A stretch of 64,000 bases of DNA. Origin: Gaiellaceae bacterium. GTDB taxonomy: Bacteria; Actinomycetota; Thermoleophilia; Gaiellales; Gaiellaceae. Positions 47,508-57,300 of the stretch are shown here, one piece after another. The position numbers and the translations under genes are program-made. The stretch spans positions 1,512-65,511 of the forward strand of contig DASXOM010000051.1 in the NCBI GenBank assembly GCA_036494245.1. Reading direction: 5' to 3'. Each line of letters begins with the position of its first letter. The first letter of the stretch is position 1. The notes under the pieces are model-generated. The model was not told the DNA's origin, made no database searches, and saw only the letters and a list, made by a program, of their open reading frames with translations.

Positions 47508-48177
47508 TCAGGTCCGGCACTTCGGGTCGCCCCAGCTCCGCTCCAGGCCCTGCTGCCCGGCCTGGGCGCTCGCGTCGTAGGGGCCGACGTCGTCGGCCGC
47601 CCACATCACGTCCGGCGTCACTCCCGGCCCTTCCGCGGTCGCACGGTACTTCGTTCCCTTGCCCGGTGGATGACTGCCGTGTGGGAAGAAGCCGTAGCAG
47701 AAGTCGCCCAGCGTCTTGCCTCGATGGTGTGTGAGGAAGCTGTTCTCGCGATGCCAGCCCTTCCCGTAGCGGGAGTCGAAGGTGTCGACGTAGATGTTCC
47801 GGCCGTAGCTGTCGAGCGGAGCGCCGTGGCCGGTCGCCTTGAAGCCGTACACGCCGCGACCGTTGTAGGTGAGGCGGCCAAACAGGTGGCGGTACTGCCG
47901 CTCGGCCCAGTTCTGATAGATGGTCAAGCTGGCGAGCGGGCCGCGCGAGTGAGAGAGATGGAGCTCGGTGGCTCCCGTCGTCCCGCCGTTGGGCTTGAGG
48001 CGGACCCACGACTGGAGCGCCCGGTAGCTGCCGTCTGGAGCCTTGCAAGCCTCGAGCAGCCAGGCGAGCGGCGGTCCGTCATATCGAAGGCAGACGCCAT
48101 ATCGCGCCGCCGAAAGCAGGGCCTGCCGTAAAGGCTGTGATCAAGAGCAGAGCGAGGAGAAGAAAGCCCCTGCGCAT
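47508..48177 (-). pseudogene. Secreted protein gene interrupted by a 1-nt frameshift
   Basis: ATG at 48175-48177 encodes signal peptide MRRGFLLLALLLITAFTAGPAFGGA and hits a stop at 48079-48081. The offset frame, open from 48140, encodes ...RYGVCLRYDGPPLAWLLEACKAPDGSYRALQSW... continuous with track ORF 47508..47927. Confidence 0.55.
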
Positions 48178-48277
48178 CGCGGTGCGAAGGGTACAGCGCA
48201 AAAGTGACGAAGTTCAAAAGCCTGGTCAGGAACCGAGCTCCGCGCTACGGTTTGCCCACGCCTGAACGTCCCCGGCG

Positions 48278-50179
48278 TTGCGGCCGTTGGAGGTGGCGCC
48301 AAGGATGATGCCGCAAGCTGCCCCTACACACGCTCCCGCCCCACCAAGGCGGAGAACGAGCACCCGGCCCGGCGGATTCAGGCTTCCTGCTGCGCTCCTG
48401 CTGCTCGCGATTCCGCTGGCCGTAGCCGCGTGGGGGCTCGGCGGCTACTCGGCGCAGCGCGAGCGGAACAATGCCGACAACCGGCTCATCGACAGCCTGA
48501 ACTCCGCCGGCGTCGTCTACCGCGGCGTGGTGTCGAAGGTCGACTCGACCGCCAGCCGGCTGGCCGGCGAGCGGCGCGTGCAACACGAGCTTCTCCACGG
48601 CGGCCACCGCACGGTTGTCTGGAGGATGCGAGTGAACAGACGCCACCCGCACGGCCAGGTCGCGCCCTGGCGCGGCTCGATCCCTGCGGCTGCGGCCGTC
48701 CGGCGGATCGACTTCCTGTCGAAAGGACACACGATCGGTCAGGTCGTCGTCTTTGTGCCGCTCGACCACCTGCTCGCCGGCTGGCTGACCTCGCACGTCG
48801 ATCTCGGTAGTCACCGGCAGATCGGCTTTGCCCGTGACGGCAGGCTCGTGGGCACAGAACGGACGGTGCGGATCGAGGCCGGCACGCTCGTCGGCCGAGC
48901 GGGCGACATCCGCGCAGATGGCAACGGCTACCGGACGGTTGCCGAGAATCTCGGCTCCGGCGCCAACGGGACCCGGCTCGCAGTCCTGGAGCCCAGCTCC
49001 TACATCGACTCGAGGGCGGATCTGGCGCGCTGGCGCGTGTTCGGTCTCGGCTTCGCCGTCATCCTCGCGTTGCTCGCCATGGCCTATGCGGTGTCCCCGT
49101 CGATCGCGCGGAGCCGGGTCTCGAGACAGGAGCGCGAGCGCGCCGAGCGTGTGCTCGCGCACGTCGGCGACGGCGTCTTCCTCGTCGACCACGACGGCGT
49201 GGTTCGTCTCTGGAACCAGGCGGCCGAGGCGATCACGGGCCTACGCTCGGACGCCGTCTGCGATCACACGGTCGCCGAGGCCGTGCCGGGCTGGCCGGCG
49301 GTCGCCGCCAGGGTTCCCGTGGCACGACGGCCGGGCGAGTTCGACGACGAGTCGAGCGCCGAGACCGTGCCGCTGGAGATCGACGGGCGGGAGATCTGGC
49401 TCTCGATCGCCGGCGTCACCCTGCCCGACGGCATCGTCTACGCCTTCCGCGACGTCACCCGCGAGCGGCGGCTCGAGGAGCTCCGCGCCCAGTTCGTGGC
49501 CACGATCTCGCACGAGCTGCGCACGCCGCTCGCGTCGTTGCACGGCGCCGCGATGACGCTGCTCGAGCGAGAGCACGAGCTGACCGACCAGACCCGGCAC
49601 GACCTCCTCGACATGATCGGCGCCCAGTCTAAGCGGCTCGCCGAGCTGGTGGAGGAGATCCTGCTCACCGGCCAGCTCGACAGCGGCTCCCTCCGGGTCG
49701 TCACCGAGCCCTTCGATCCAGAGGAGCTCGTGTGGTCGGTGGCCGCGGCGGCACGCCTCCGGGTGGGCGACGACACGACGATCGACGTGTCGATTCCAGC
49801 CGTGCTCCCGAAAGTGGTCGGCGATCCGGCGCGCACGCGCCAGGTGCTGACCAATCTCATGGACAACGCGATCAAGTACTCGCCAGAGGGCGGACGCATG
49901 CAGCTCGAGGTCGACGCCGGCGACGGCTACGCGCGTTTCACCGTCCGCGACGAGGGCCTGGGCATCCCGCTGAGCGAGCAGAAGCGGATCTTCGAGAAGT
50001 TCTATCGCCTCGATCCGGACCAGCGCCGCGGCATCGGGGGAAGCGGCCTGGGCCTCTACATCAGCCGGGAGCTCGTGCGCTCGATGAACGGCAGGATCTG
50101 GGTCGAGTCCGATCCGGGAAAGGGCGCGACCTTCACGTTCGAGCTGCCGCTGGCCGAGCGCGTCATCGTTCCGGCCTGA
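48278..50179 (+). CDS. Sensor histidine kinase (2 TM + extracytoplasmic domain + PAS + HisKA + HATPase_c)
   Basis: TTG at 48278, with an alternative ATG at 48305. PAS (VGDGVFLVDHDGVVRLWNQAAEAITG), H-box FVATISHELRTPL, N-box NLMDNAIKYSP, G-boxes DEGLGI and GSGLGLYI. Confidence 0.85.
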   Translation: MRPLEVAPRMMPQAAPTHAPAPPRRRTSTRPGGFRLPAALLLLAIPLAVAAWGLGGYSAQRERNNADNRLIDSLNSAGVVYRGVVSKVDSTASRLAGERRVQHELLHGGHRTVVWRMRVNRRHPHGQVAPWRGSIPAAAAVRRIDFLSKGHTIGQVVVFVPLDHLLAGWLTSHVDLGSHRQIGFARDGRLVGTERTVRIEAGTLVGRAGDIRADGNGYRTVAENLGSGANGTRLAVLEPSSYIDSRADLARWRVFGLGFAVILALLAMAYAVSPSIARSRVSRQERERAERVLAHVGDGVFLVDHDGVVRLWNQAAEAITGLRSDAVCDHTVAEAVPGWPAVAARVPVARRPGEFDDESSAETVPLEIDGREIWLSIAGVTLPDGIVYAFRDVTRERRLEELRAQFVATISHELRTPLASLHGAAMTLLEREHELTDQTRHDLLDMIGAQSKRLAELVEEILLTGQLDSGSLRVVTEPFDPEELVWSVAAAARLRVGDDTTIDVSIPAVLPKVVGDPARTRQVLTNLMDNAIKYSPEGGRMQLEVDAGDGYARFTVRDEGLGIPLSEQKRIFEKFYRLDPDQRRGIGGSGLGLYISRELVRSMNGRIWVESDPGKGATFTFELPLAERVIVPA

Positions 50180-51359
50180 CGGCGGGTACGAGCGCGTAGA
50201 TCCGGCCGAGCCCGACGAGGTAGAGCACGCCGTTGCCGGCCACCGCGGGCGAGTACTCGCCGTCCGGCCACTCGGCACGCAGGTGGCCGCTCGAGGCGAG
50301 TAGCCCGTACGTGCGGTGATCGAAGCTCGAGAAGTAGACGATGCCGTCGACGACGGAGGCGGCGCCGGAGATCGAGGCCTGCGCGTGATACGTCCAGCGG
50401 AGTGAGCCGTTGCCACCGTCGAGCGCGTAGAACGTGTGGTCGTACGAGCCGGCGAGGACGAGGCCGTGCCAGACCGCCGGTGAGGCGTAGACGTAGCTCC
50501 CGGCCCCGAAGCTCCAGAGGACGGCCCCGCTCCGGGCCGAGAACGCGTAGACGCGGCCGTCGAGCGAGCCGACGTAGACGCGTCCGGCGTTGACCGCTGC
50601 GGTCGAATAGAAGTTGCCGTAACCGGAGCTGCGCCAGACCAGCCGGCCGGTGCTCGCGCCGAGCGCGAGCATCTCGCCGGCGTAGTTGCCGATGTAGATC
50701 CGGCCGTAGGCGAACGAGGGCGACGCCTTGATCGGCGCCCCGGTGTCGAAGCGCCAACGCAGTCGTCCGGTGCGGGCGTCGAGGGCGTAGACGTATCCGT
50801 CCTGGTCGGCGACGTACACCGTGCCGTCCTCGACGAGCGGCGACGACTCCGACGGGCCGATCGCACGGCGCCAGCGGATGCGGCCCGTCTCGGGTGAGAG
50901 GGCTACGAGCTCACCGCCCTGCAACGTCGCGTTGCACTCGTGGTTGCCGATGAAGGTGGCGAAGAGGAGGTGGCCGGCGAGCGCCGGCGACGACCAGCCG
51001 CAGCCGTGGGAGGTGTAGCGCCAGCGGATCCGGCCGTTCGCGGAGTCGATCGAGTACAGCCGGCCGTCGAACGCCTCCTCGAAGACGCTGCCGTAGCCGA
51101 CGACCGGCGGGAACTCGAGCAGGTGCCTGCCGTGGAACGTCCAGAGTCGCCGGAACGGAGGCCGAAGCCCCCTCGCGGCGACTACCCGTCGGCGCGCGTT
51201 GTCCGCCCCGTACGTCGGCCACGGCAGCGCGGCGCTCTGCGGGGGCCGCTTCGTCACCGTCGCGAGGGGGACCGAGGGCGGCGGTATCAGCGTCGTCGAC
51301 CGCGGCCGGCTGCTCCCGCCCGAGGCGAGAGCGCCGGCCGCCGCGAGCAGCCCGATCAC
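50163..51359 (-). CDS. PQQ-like beta-propeller repeat protein
   Basis: Repeated blades of the type DG.VYA.D..TGR.RW... (for example DGYVYALDARTGRLRWRF, DGRVYAFSARSGAVLWSF). Confidence 0.8.
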   Translation of the reverse strand: MIGLLAAAGALASGGSSRPRSTTLIPPPSVPLATVTKRPPQSAALPWPTYGADNARRRVVAARGLRPPFRRLWTFHGRHLLEFPPVVGYGSVFEEAFDGRLYSIDSANGRIRWRYTSHGCGWSSPALAGHLLFATFIGNHECNATLQGGELVALSPETGRIRWRRAIGPSESSPLVEDGTVYVADQDGYVYALDARTGRLRWRFDTGAPIKASPSFAYGRIYIGNYAGEMLALGASTGRLVWRSSGYGNFYSTAAVNAGRVYVGSLDGRVYAFSARSGAVLWSFGAGSYVYASPAVWHGLVLAGSYDHTFYALDGGNGSLRWTYHAQASISGAASVVDGIVYFSSFDHRTYGLLASSGHLRAEWPDGEYSPAVAGNGVLYLVGLGRIYALVPAVRPER

Positions 51360-51369
51360 CGCGAGGCTT

Positions 51370-52680
51370 CTAGGTGTCGGTATCGCTCGTCTCTCCGCTC
51401 AGATGACTCCAGAGATTGGAGAAGAAGCGTGACAGGACGGGCCAGTGGGCGCTCGCCTCGAAGTTGATGGCGCCCGCGTCGAACACCGTCGAGTGGCCGC
51501 GCGTGTAGATGGTCATCTCGGCCGGCTTGCCTGGCCCGAGCTCGTTCGGGATCACGGCGAGGACGTGCGCGTGCGGGGGCGACGCGGAGCTCGGCTCATC
51601 GACCTCGATCCCGTAGTTGCCGACGCTGCTGCCGTCGTGCAGGCCCGTGCCCTCGAATAACCAGGGCGCGGCAGCGGTGTCGGTGATGCGGTAGGGCCGG
51701 TTCGGATAGTTCCCCTCGTTCCAGCCGGCGTACTGCGCGCCGACGAGCGTGGCCTCGGACCGACCGACGTTGCGCCACGGGATGCGGCCGGTCATCGTGT
51801 TCCCCGAAACTCTCACCTTGTAGAAGAAGTTGTTGGCCGACAGGAACGCGAGGTTGCCCCCGGCGTTGCGGTAGGCGGTGATCAGGTCGAAGGTGTGCGA
51901 GGTGACGTACTCCTCGTGGCCGGCGAAGACGATGAGCCGATAGCGGCTGAGCTGCCCGGAGCTCGAGAGGCGCTCGAGGTCGTCGTCGGAGACGAAGTCC
52001 GCCTGGTAGCCGCTGTGCCAGTACCAGCGCAGGAAACCGACGTCGAAGCGCTGGAACTGCTCCGGCAGCCCGGCCGGCACCCGCTTGCCGTTCACCCTGG
52101 AGGCGGCGAACGGATGGGTCAGGTCGATGAAGTGGACGGCAGGGTCGAGGTACCAGCTGTCGCCGTCGAAGTCGTCGTACGCGTGCCACGTGTTGGTCGG
52201 CTCCACGACGAGCACCGGCTCGCTGCCGAGCCGGCTCGGGCGGAGGATGAAGGGGGCGTAGTCGGCTTGAGCGCCCCAGCTCAGGCGGGCGACGTACGCC
52301 CCGCTCGGCCAGTCCGAGCCGAGGCGGACGTGTACAAGCCAGCGTCCGCTTCCCGCCGGGCGAAGCACCTGTTGCGGTGCGGTTACCGGCTTGCCGAACG
52401 TGTGCCTGTCCCACCCGGGGGCGGCTGCCGGGCCCGGTGTGCCCGAAGCGCCGGCCTGGAAGATCTGGAGCGTGGCACGGTTCGTGTCGCCCCCGCCGAC
52501 GGCCAGAACGGCGACCTGACCGGGCGCGTAGCTGCGGGCCAGGAAGCCTGCCAGCAGCGGCGAAGTGCCCGCCTGGCCGGTGCCCAGCACGAACCCGAAC
52601 ACGACTGCGACGGCAGCGACTACGGCTACGCCGGAGGCGAGGCTTGCGGCCGGACGGAGGCGGTACGGCGAGACGTTCAT
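51370..52680 (-). CDS. Membrane-anchored N,N-dimethylformamidase beta-subunit-like domain protein
   Basis: N-terminal TM (VAVVAAVAVVFGFVL). PVLVVEPTNTWHAYDDFDG, AGGNLAFLSANNFFYKVRV and GIEVDE resemble the DMFase large-subunit-like family. Assignment is from memory of the family pattern. Confidence 0.55.
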   Translation of the reverse strand: MNVSPYRLRPAASLASGVAVVAAVAVVFGFVLGTGQAGTSPLLAGFLARSYAPGQVAVLAVGGGDTNRATLQIFQAGASGTPGPAAAPGWDRHTFGKPVTAPQQVLRPAGSGRWLVHVRLGSDWPSGAYVARLSWGAQADYAPFILRPSRLGSEPVLVVEPTNTWHAYDDFDGDSWYLDPAVHFIDLTHPFAASRVNGKRVPAGLPEQFQRFDVGFLRWYWHSGYQADFVSDDDLERLSSSGQLSRYRLIVFAGHEEYVTSHTFDLITAYRNAGGNLAFLSANNFFYKVRVSGNTMTGRIPWRNVGRSEATLVGAQYAGWNEGNYPNRPYRITDTAAAPWLFEGTGLHDGSSVGNYGIEVDEPSSASPPHAHVLAVIPNELGPGKPAEMTIYTRGHSTVFDAGAINFEASAHWPVLSRFFSNLWSHLSGETSDTDT

Positions 52681-52711
52681 GGCGCCACCGTCGGCGCCGT
52701 CGCCAACCGCG

Positions 52712-52733
52712 CTCTAATGACCTGCTAACGGCC
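52712..52733. promoter_or_regulatory. Imperfect 11-nt tandem direct repeat (CTCTAATGACC / TGCTAACGGCC)
   Basis: AT-rich patch in the 94-bp divergent intergenic region upstream of the SARP-SIR2 gene. A weaker third phased unit, CGCCAACCGCG, lies at 52701-52711. Confidence 0.3.
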
Positions 52734-52774
52734 GTTGGGAAGCGGCATCCGCACGGTGCTACAACCTTCGCGCG

Positions 52775-54379
52775 TTGGTCGAATTCGCCATCCTCGGACC
52801 GCTCGAGGCTCAGCAAGACGGAGAGCCGATCCAGCTCGGCGGCCCGAAACAGCGGGCGCTGCTGGCGATGCTGCTCCTCGAAGCGGGCCGGGTCGTCTCC
52901 CTCGACCGTCTGCTCGAGGCGCTGTGGGAGGACAACCCACCCGCGACGGCCACGGCGTCGCTCCAGAACTTCGTCGCCCAGCTGAGAAAGGCGCTCGGCC
53001 CGGATGCGATCGAGACGCGGCCGCCGGGCTATCTCGTGCGGATCGGGCCCGAGCAGCTCGACCTGGCCCGCGTCCGCAGCCTCGTCGACGCTGCCCGCGC
53101 GAGCGAGCCCGTGCGGCGGGCGGCGCTGCTCGACGAGGCGCTCGCCCTGTGGCAAGGCGAGGCGCTGGCGGAGTTCCGCTACGAGGCGTTCGCGCGCGAG
53201 GAGATCGCGCGGCTCGAAGAGTTCCACCTCACGCTGGTCGAGGAGCGGGCCGAGGCGAAGCTTGCGATCGGAGCGCACGCGGAGGTCGTAAGCGAGCTCG
53301 AGAGGCTCGCCGGCACGCACCCGCTGCGCGAACGACTACGCGCCCAGCTCATGCTCGCTCTCTACCGCTCCGGCCGGCAGGCGCAGGCGCTCGAGGCCTA
53401 TCGCGAGGGCCGCGAGCTGCTCGTCGAGGAGCTCGGCCTGGAGCCCAGCCCGCTGCTACGCGGCGTGCATGCGTCGATTCTCCGCCAGGAGACGTTCGCG
53501 GTCGACCGCGGCGCGATCCCCGAGGTAGAGCACTTCGAGGAGGTCGCCGCGGCCCTGCTCGCCGGCAAGGTCACGGTCGTGGTCGGCTCCGACTCGGAAC
53601 CGCTCGCCTCGGAGCTCGCGCGGCGGTTCGGCCTCGACGCGGACACCCGGGAGCTCGCGCGCGTCTCGCAGGCCGTCGCGGTGCTCAACGGTTCGGGGCC
53701 TCTGTACGACACGCTTCACGCGCTCGTCGAGGGAGACGGGGAGCCGTCTCCCGTGCACCGTTTCCTCGCTCGGCTGCCGGCCCTGCTGCGCGACCGGGAG
53801 ACCGGGCAGCCGCTGCTCGTCACGACCGGCTACGAGCTCGCGCTGGAGCGGGCGCTCGAGGAGCTCGAGGAGCCGTACGAGACGGTCTGCTACCTCGCCG
53901 CCGGAGAGATGCGCGGCAGCTTCTGTCACATCGCCCCGAGCGGTGTGGCGAACGTGATCGAGCGGCCGAACGCATACACCGGCGGGCTCGCCCTCGACGA
54001 GCGCACGGTGCTACTCCACCTGCAGGGGCGAATCGACCGGTCGACCGGACGTGCCTGGGAGAGCTTTGCCGTCACGGAGGACGACTTCATCCACTACGGC
54101 GACGTCGCGCGCCGCCTGCCCGTGTCGCTCGCCGCGCGCCTGCGTCGTACCCATCTGCTGCTGCTCGGGTACACACTCTCGACCTGGACGCTGCGCGTCG
54201 TCCTCGAGCGCTTCTGGGGCAGTGAGCCGCTGCCGTACCGCTCCTGGTCGGTGCATCCCGGGCCGCAGCCGCTCGAGCGGGAGTTCTGGCGGCGCCGCGA
54301 CGTCGAGGTGGTCGACCTGGCGCCCGCGGCGTACGTCGCCGAGCTCGAGCGGGCGCTGGAGAAGGCGGCGGTCTCCTGA
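52775..54379 (+). CDS. SARP (wHTH + BTAD) regulator fused to a SIR2-like (SIR2_2-type) domain
   Basis: TTG start. VEFAILGPLEA, LW.GEALAEF, ALYRSGRQAQALEAYREGRELLVEELGLEPSPLL. The C-terminal about 285 aa carries the SIR2_2 order of motifs: VVVGSDS, PVHRFLARL, LLVTTGYELALERAL, LLHLQGRI, FAVTEDDF, HLLLLGYTLSTW. Confidence 0.8.
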   Translation: MVEFAILGPLEAQQDGEPIQLGGPKQRALLAMLLLEAGRVVSLDRLLEALWEDNPPATATASLQNFVAQLRKALGPDAIETRPPGYLVRIGPEQLDLARVRSLVDAARASEPVRRAALLDEALALWQGEALAEFRYEAFAREEIARLEEFHLTLVEERAEAKLAIGAHAEVVSELERLAGTHPLRERLRAQLMLALYRSGRQAQALEAYREGRELLVEELGLEPSPLLRGVHASILRQETFAVDRGAIPEVEHFEEVAAALLAGKVTVVVGSDSEPLASELARRFGLDADTRELARVSQAVAVLNGSGPLYDTLHALVEGDGEPSPVHRFLARLPALLRDRETGQPLLVTTGYELALERALEELEEPYETVCYLAAGEMRGSFCHIAPSGVANVIERPNAYTGGLALDERTVLLHLQGRIDRSTGRAWESFAVTEDDFIHYGDVARRLPVSLAARLRRTHLLLLGYTLSTWTLRVVLERFWGSEPLPYRSWSVHPGPQPLEREFWRRRDVEVVDLAPAAYVAELERALEKAAVS

Positions 54380-57300
54380 GCGAAGTCCCGCAGAGCCCGT
54401 ACAAGGGCCTCGCCTCGTTCGAGGACTCCGAGCTCGACGCCCTTCTCTTCTTCGGCCGTGAGCGTGAGATCGCGGCGGTGGCGGCAAACGTGCTGGCGAA
54501 CCGGCTCACCATCCTCTACGGGCCGAGCGGGGTCGGCAAGAGCTCGCTCCTCGGTGCCGGCGTTGCGCGCAGGCTGCGGGAGCTGAGCGGCGCGCCGGTC
54601 GTCGTGCACGACGCGTGGGCCGAGGATCCCGCGGCTCGCATGATGGCTTCGGTGGAAGCGGAGTGCGGCGAGCTCGGTGCCACAGCCGGTCTCGTCGACA
54701 CGGTCGCAGCGGCGGCTCAGCAGAGCGGCGAGCTCCACCTCCTGCTCGACAACTTCGAGGAGTACGTCCTCTACCACGGTCTCGAAGGGCCTCTGAGCGA
54801 CTCGCTGCCCGAGCTCCTGCGCCGGCCCGGGCTGCGCGTCAACGTCTTGCTCGCGCTGCGCGACGACGCACTCGCGGATCTCGACGAGTTCGCCGGCCGG
54901 ATTCCCGACCTGTTCTCGAACCTGCTTCGCCTCGACCTGCTCGATCGGGAGGCCGGCAAGGCGGCGATCCTCGGCCCGCTCGACCGCTACAGCGAGCTGA
55001 CCGGAGAGCAGTTCACCGCGGAAGACGCGCTCGTCGAGGCCGTGCTCGACGAGGCGTCGACCGACACCGGCGTCGAGGCGCCGTACCTCCAGCTCGTGCT
55101 CGAGCGCCTGTGGGAGCGCGAGCGGGAGCTGGGCTCGCACGAGTTGCGCCTCGCGACCCTCCGAGCGATCGGCGGGGCGCGTGCCGTGGTGCGCGAGCAC
55201 GTGCGGGGAGCGCTCGATGCCTTGCCGCTCGCCGAGCAGGAGGCGGCGGCGCGGGTCGTGCGGCAGCTCGTGACGCCCTCGGGACGCAAGGTCTCGCACG
55301 AGCCGTCCGACCTCGCCGAGTACGCCCACGTCGAGGACAACGAGCTGCGGCGCCTGCTCGACCGGCTCGGGCGCGAGCGAATCGTCCGCGGCGTCAACGG
55401 CATGCAGGGCGCGCCGACGCGTTACGAGATCTTCCACGACGTCCTCGGACCGCCCATCCTGGCGTGGCAGGCCGAGCACCAGCTGCAGCGCGAGCGGATT
55501 CGCGGGCGGCAGCAGCGCCGCCGCCTGCTTGCGATCATCGGCGTGAGTCTCGTTGCCCTGGCGATCGTCGCCGGCGTCGCCATCTTCGCCCTCGTCCAGC
55601 GCAGCAACGCGCGGACGCAGGCACGGCGCGCGCATGGCGGCGAGCTCGCCGGCCGCGCGCTCGCGGACATACCGACCAATCCGCAGGTCAGCGTCCAGCT
55701 GGCGCTGCAGGCCGCGGACCTCGACCCGGGACGGCAGACCGCCGGCGTTCTCCGCTCGAGCCTCGCCGCGATGCGCGAGACACGGGTCCTGCGTCTCGGC
55801 GGGAACATCGTCGTGGCCTCGTTCCAACCGAGGGGACGCTTGTTGCTCGTAGGGAGCAACAACGGCCGGGTTGCGACCTACGACACAGCCGGCCGGCGGC
55901 TCAGGTCTCACAGCATCCCCCGACTTGCCATGGCGGCCTGGAGCCCCGACGGCCGCTTCTTCGCGACGGGCACCGATGGCGGCCAAGTCGCCGTCTGGCT
56001 GCCGCACCGCATGAAGCCGCTGCACACCTTGGCGACAGGCTCGCCCATCACGGCTCTGTCCTTCAGCTCGAAGACGTTGCTCGTGGGCAGCGGTACGCAC
56101 GTCCACGTGCTTAATCTCGCAACCGGGCATGTGCGGGCAATCGACCTGGGCAGCGGTGTCCTAGCAAGCGCTCTCGATCCGAACGGGGACGTGTTCGCCG
56201 TCGCCACTCGGCTTGGGAAGTCGACGAGCGCGGAGATCCTCAGCGCCCACACGGGTCGCGTGATCAGGCGTCTGCCCGAGGCCGGAATCCGCTCGTTCGC
56301 CTTCAGCCCGGACGGGAGGCTGCTCGCGAGCGGCAGCCGCGACCGGACAGCGCGGATCTGGAACGCTCGCACGGGCCGGCTCCTCCACGTGCTACAGCAC
56401 CAGGGCTACGTCCTGGACGAGCAGTTCTCCCGTGACGGCCGCTCGCTCGTGACCGCGAGCCAGGACGGCGCCGCCTACGTCTGGGACGTTGTCACCGGCC
56501 GGCGCGAGCTCCTCCTCGTCGGCGCGACCGGAGCGATCAACGCAGCCGCCTTCAGCCCGGACGGAAGTCGGATCGCCACCGCCTCCGACGATCTGCTCGC
56601 GCGCATCTACTACGCCGCGGACGGCCGCCTGCTCGCCCCACTCGCGGGACACGGCAAGGCAGTGACGAGCGTGGAGTTCGACCCGAGCGGGCGCACGATC
56701 GTCACCGGCTCGAGCGATGGCACGGCACGGCTCTGGGAAGCACTGCCGCTCGGGACTCTCGTGCCGATCGACAGACGCAGCTCGCCGGTGGATGCGCTCT
56801 GGGCGGGTGAGCACGCGGTCAGTGTCGCGGGACGACGTGCGCGGATCCTCACGACGTCCGGTCGCCTCGTGAAGCAGCTGACGATGCCCTCGCCAATCGT
56901 TGCCACTGCGGTCTCCGGGAGCTCGATCTTCCTGGCCGACCGCGCCAGCAACTTGCTCTCGGATCGTCGCGGGATCGTGAAGCTGACCCCCGGCGTCGGC
57001 GCGACCTCGCTCGCTCCGAGGCCGGGCGGGTCGGTTCTCCTCGGCCGAGGGGACACCGTCGGCTGGTCGAACGGGCACCCGGTCCTCGTTCGGGCGGGCG
57101 GGCGAGTCCTCGGGCTCTCGACCGGCGGCGGGCGGTTCCTCGTCCGGCTACCGAGCTCGGTCCGCGTCTACACCGACGGCGGCAGCCTCGTCAGCACGAT
57201 CCACACGACGGCGCAGCACGCAGTCCTCTCGCCGGGCGGCCTCGGCGTGGCAACGACCAAGGGCACCATCGCGCAGCTCTGGGACGCCTCGACCGGCCAG

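Noticed and set aside
47497-48217. Track ORFs 47924..48217 (-) and 47497..48048 (-) as separate small genes.
   Set aside because: Their translations are Arg/Ser/Pro-rich and overlap the frames that encode a clean signal peptide and a globular domain. The region is better explained as one frameshifted gene (47508-48177).
48278-50179. The PAS histidine kinase as a component of the neighbouring SARP-SIR2/STAND system.
   Set aside because: It is on the opposite strand, separated by two genes, and has no response regulator nearby. Orphan kinases are frequent in actinobacteria, and nothing in the sequence links it to that locus.
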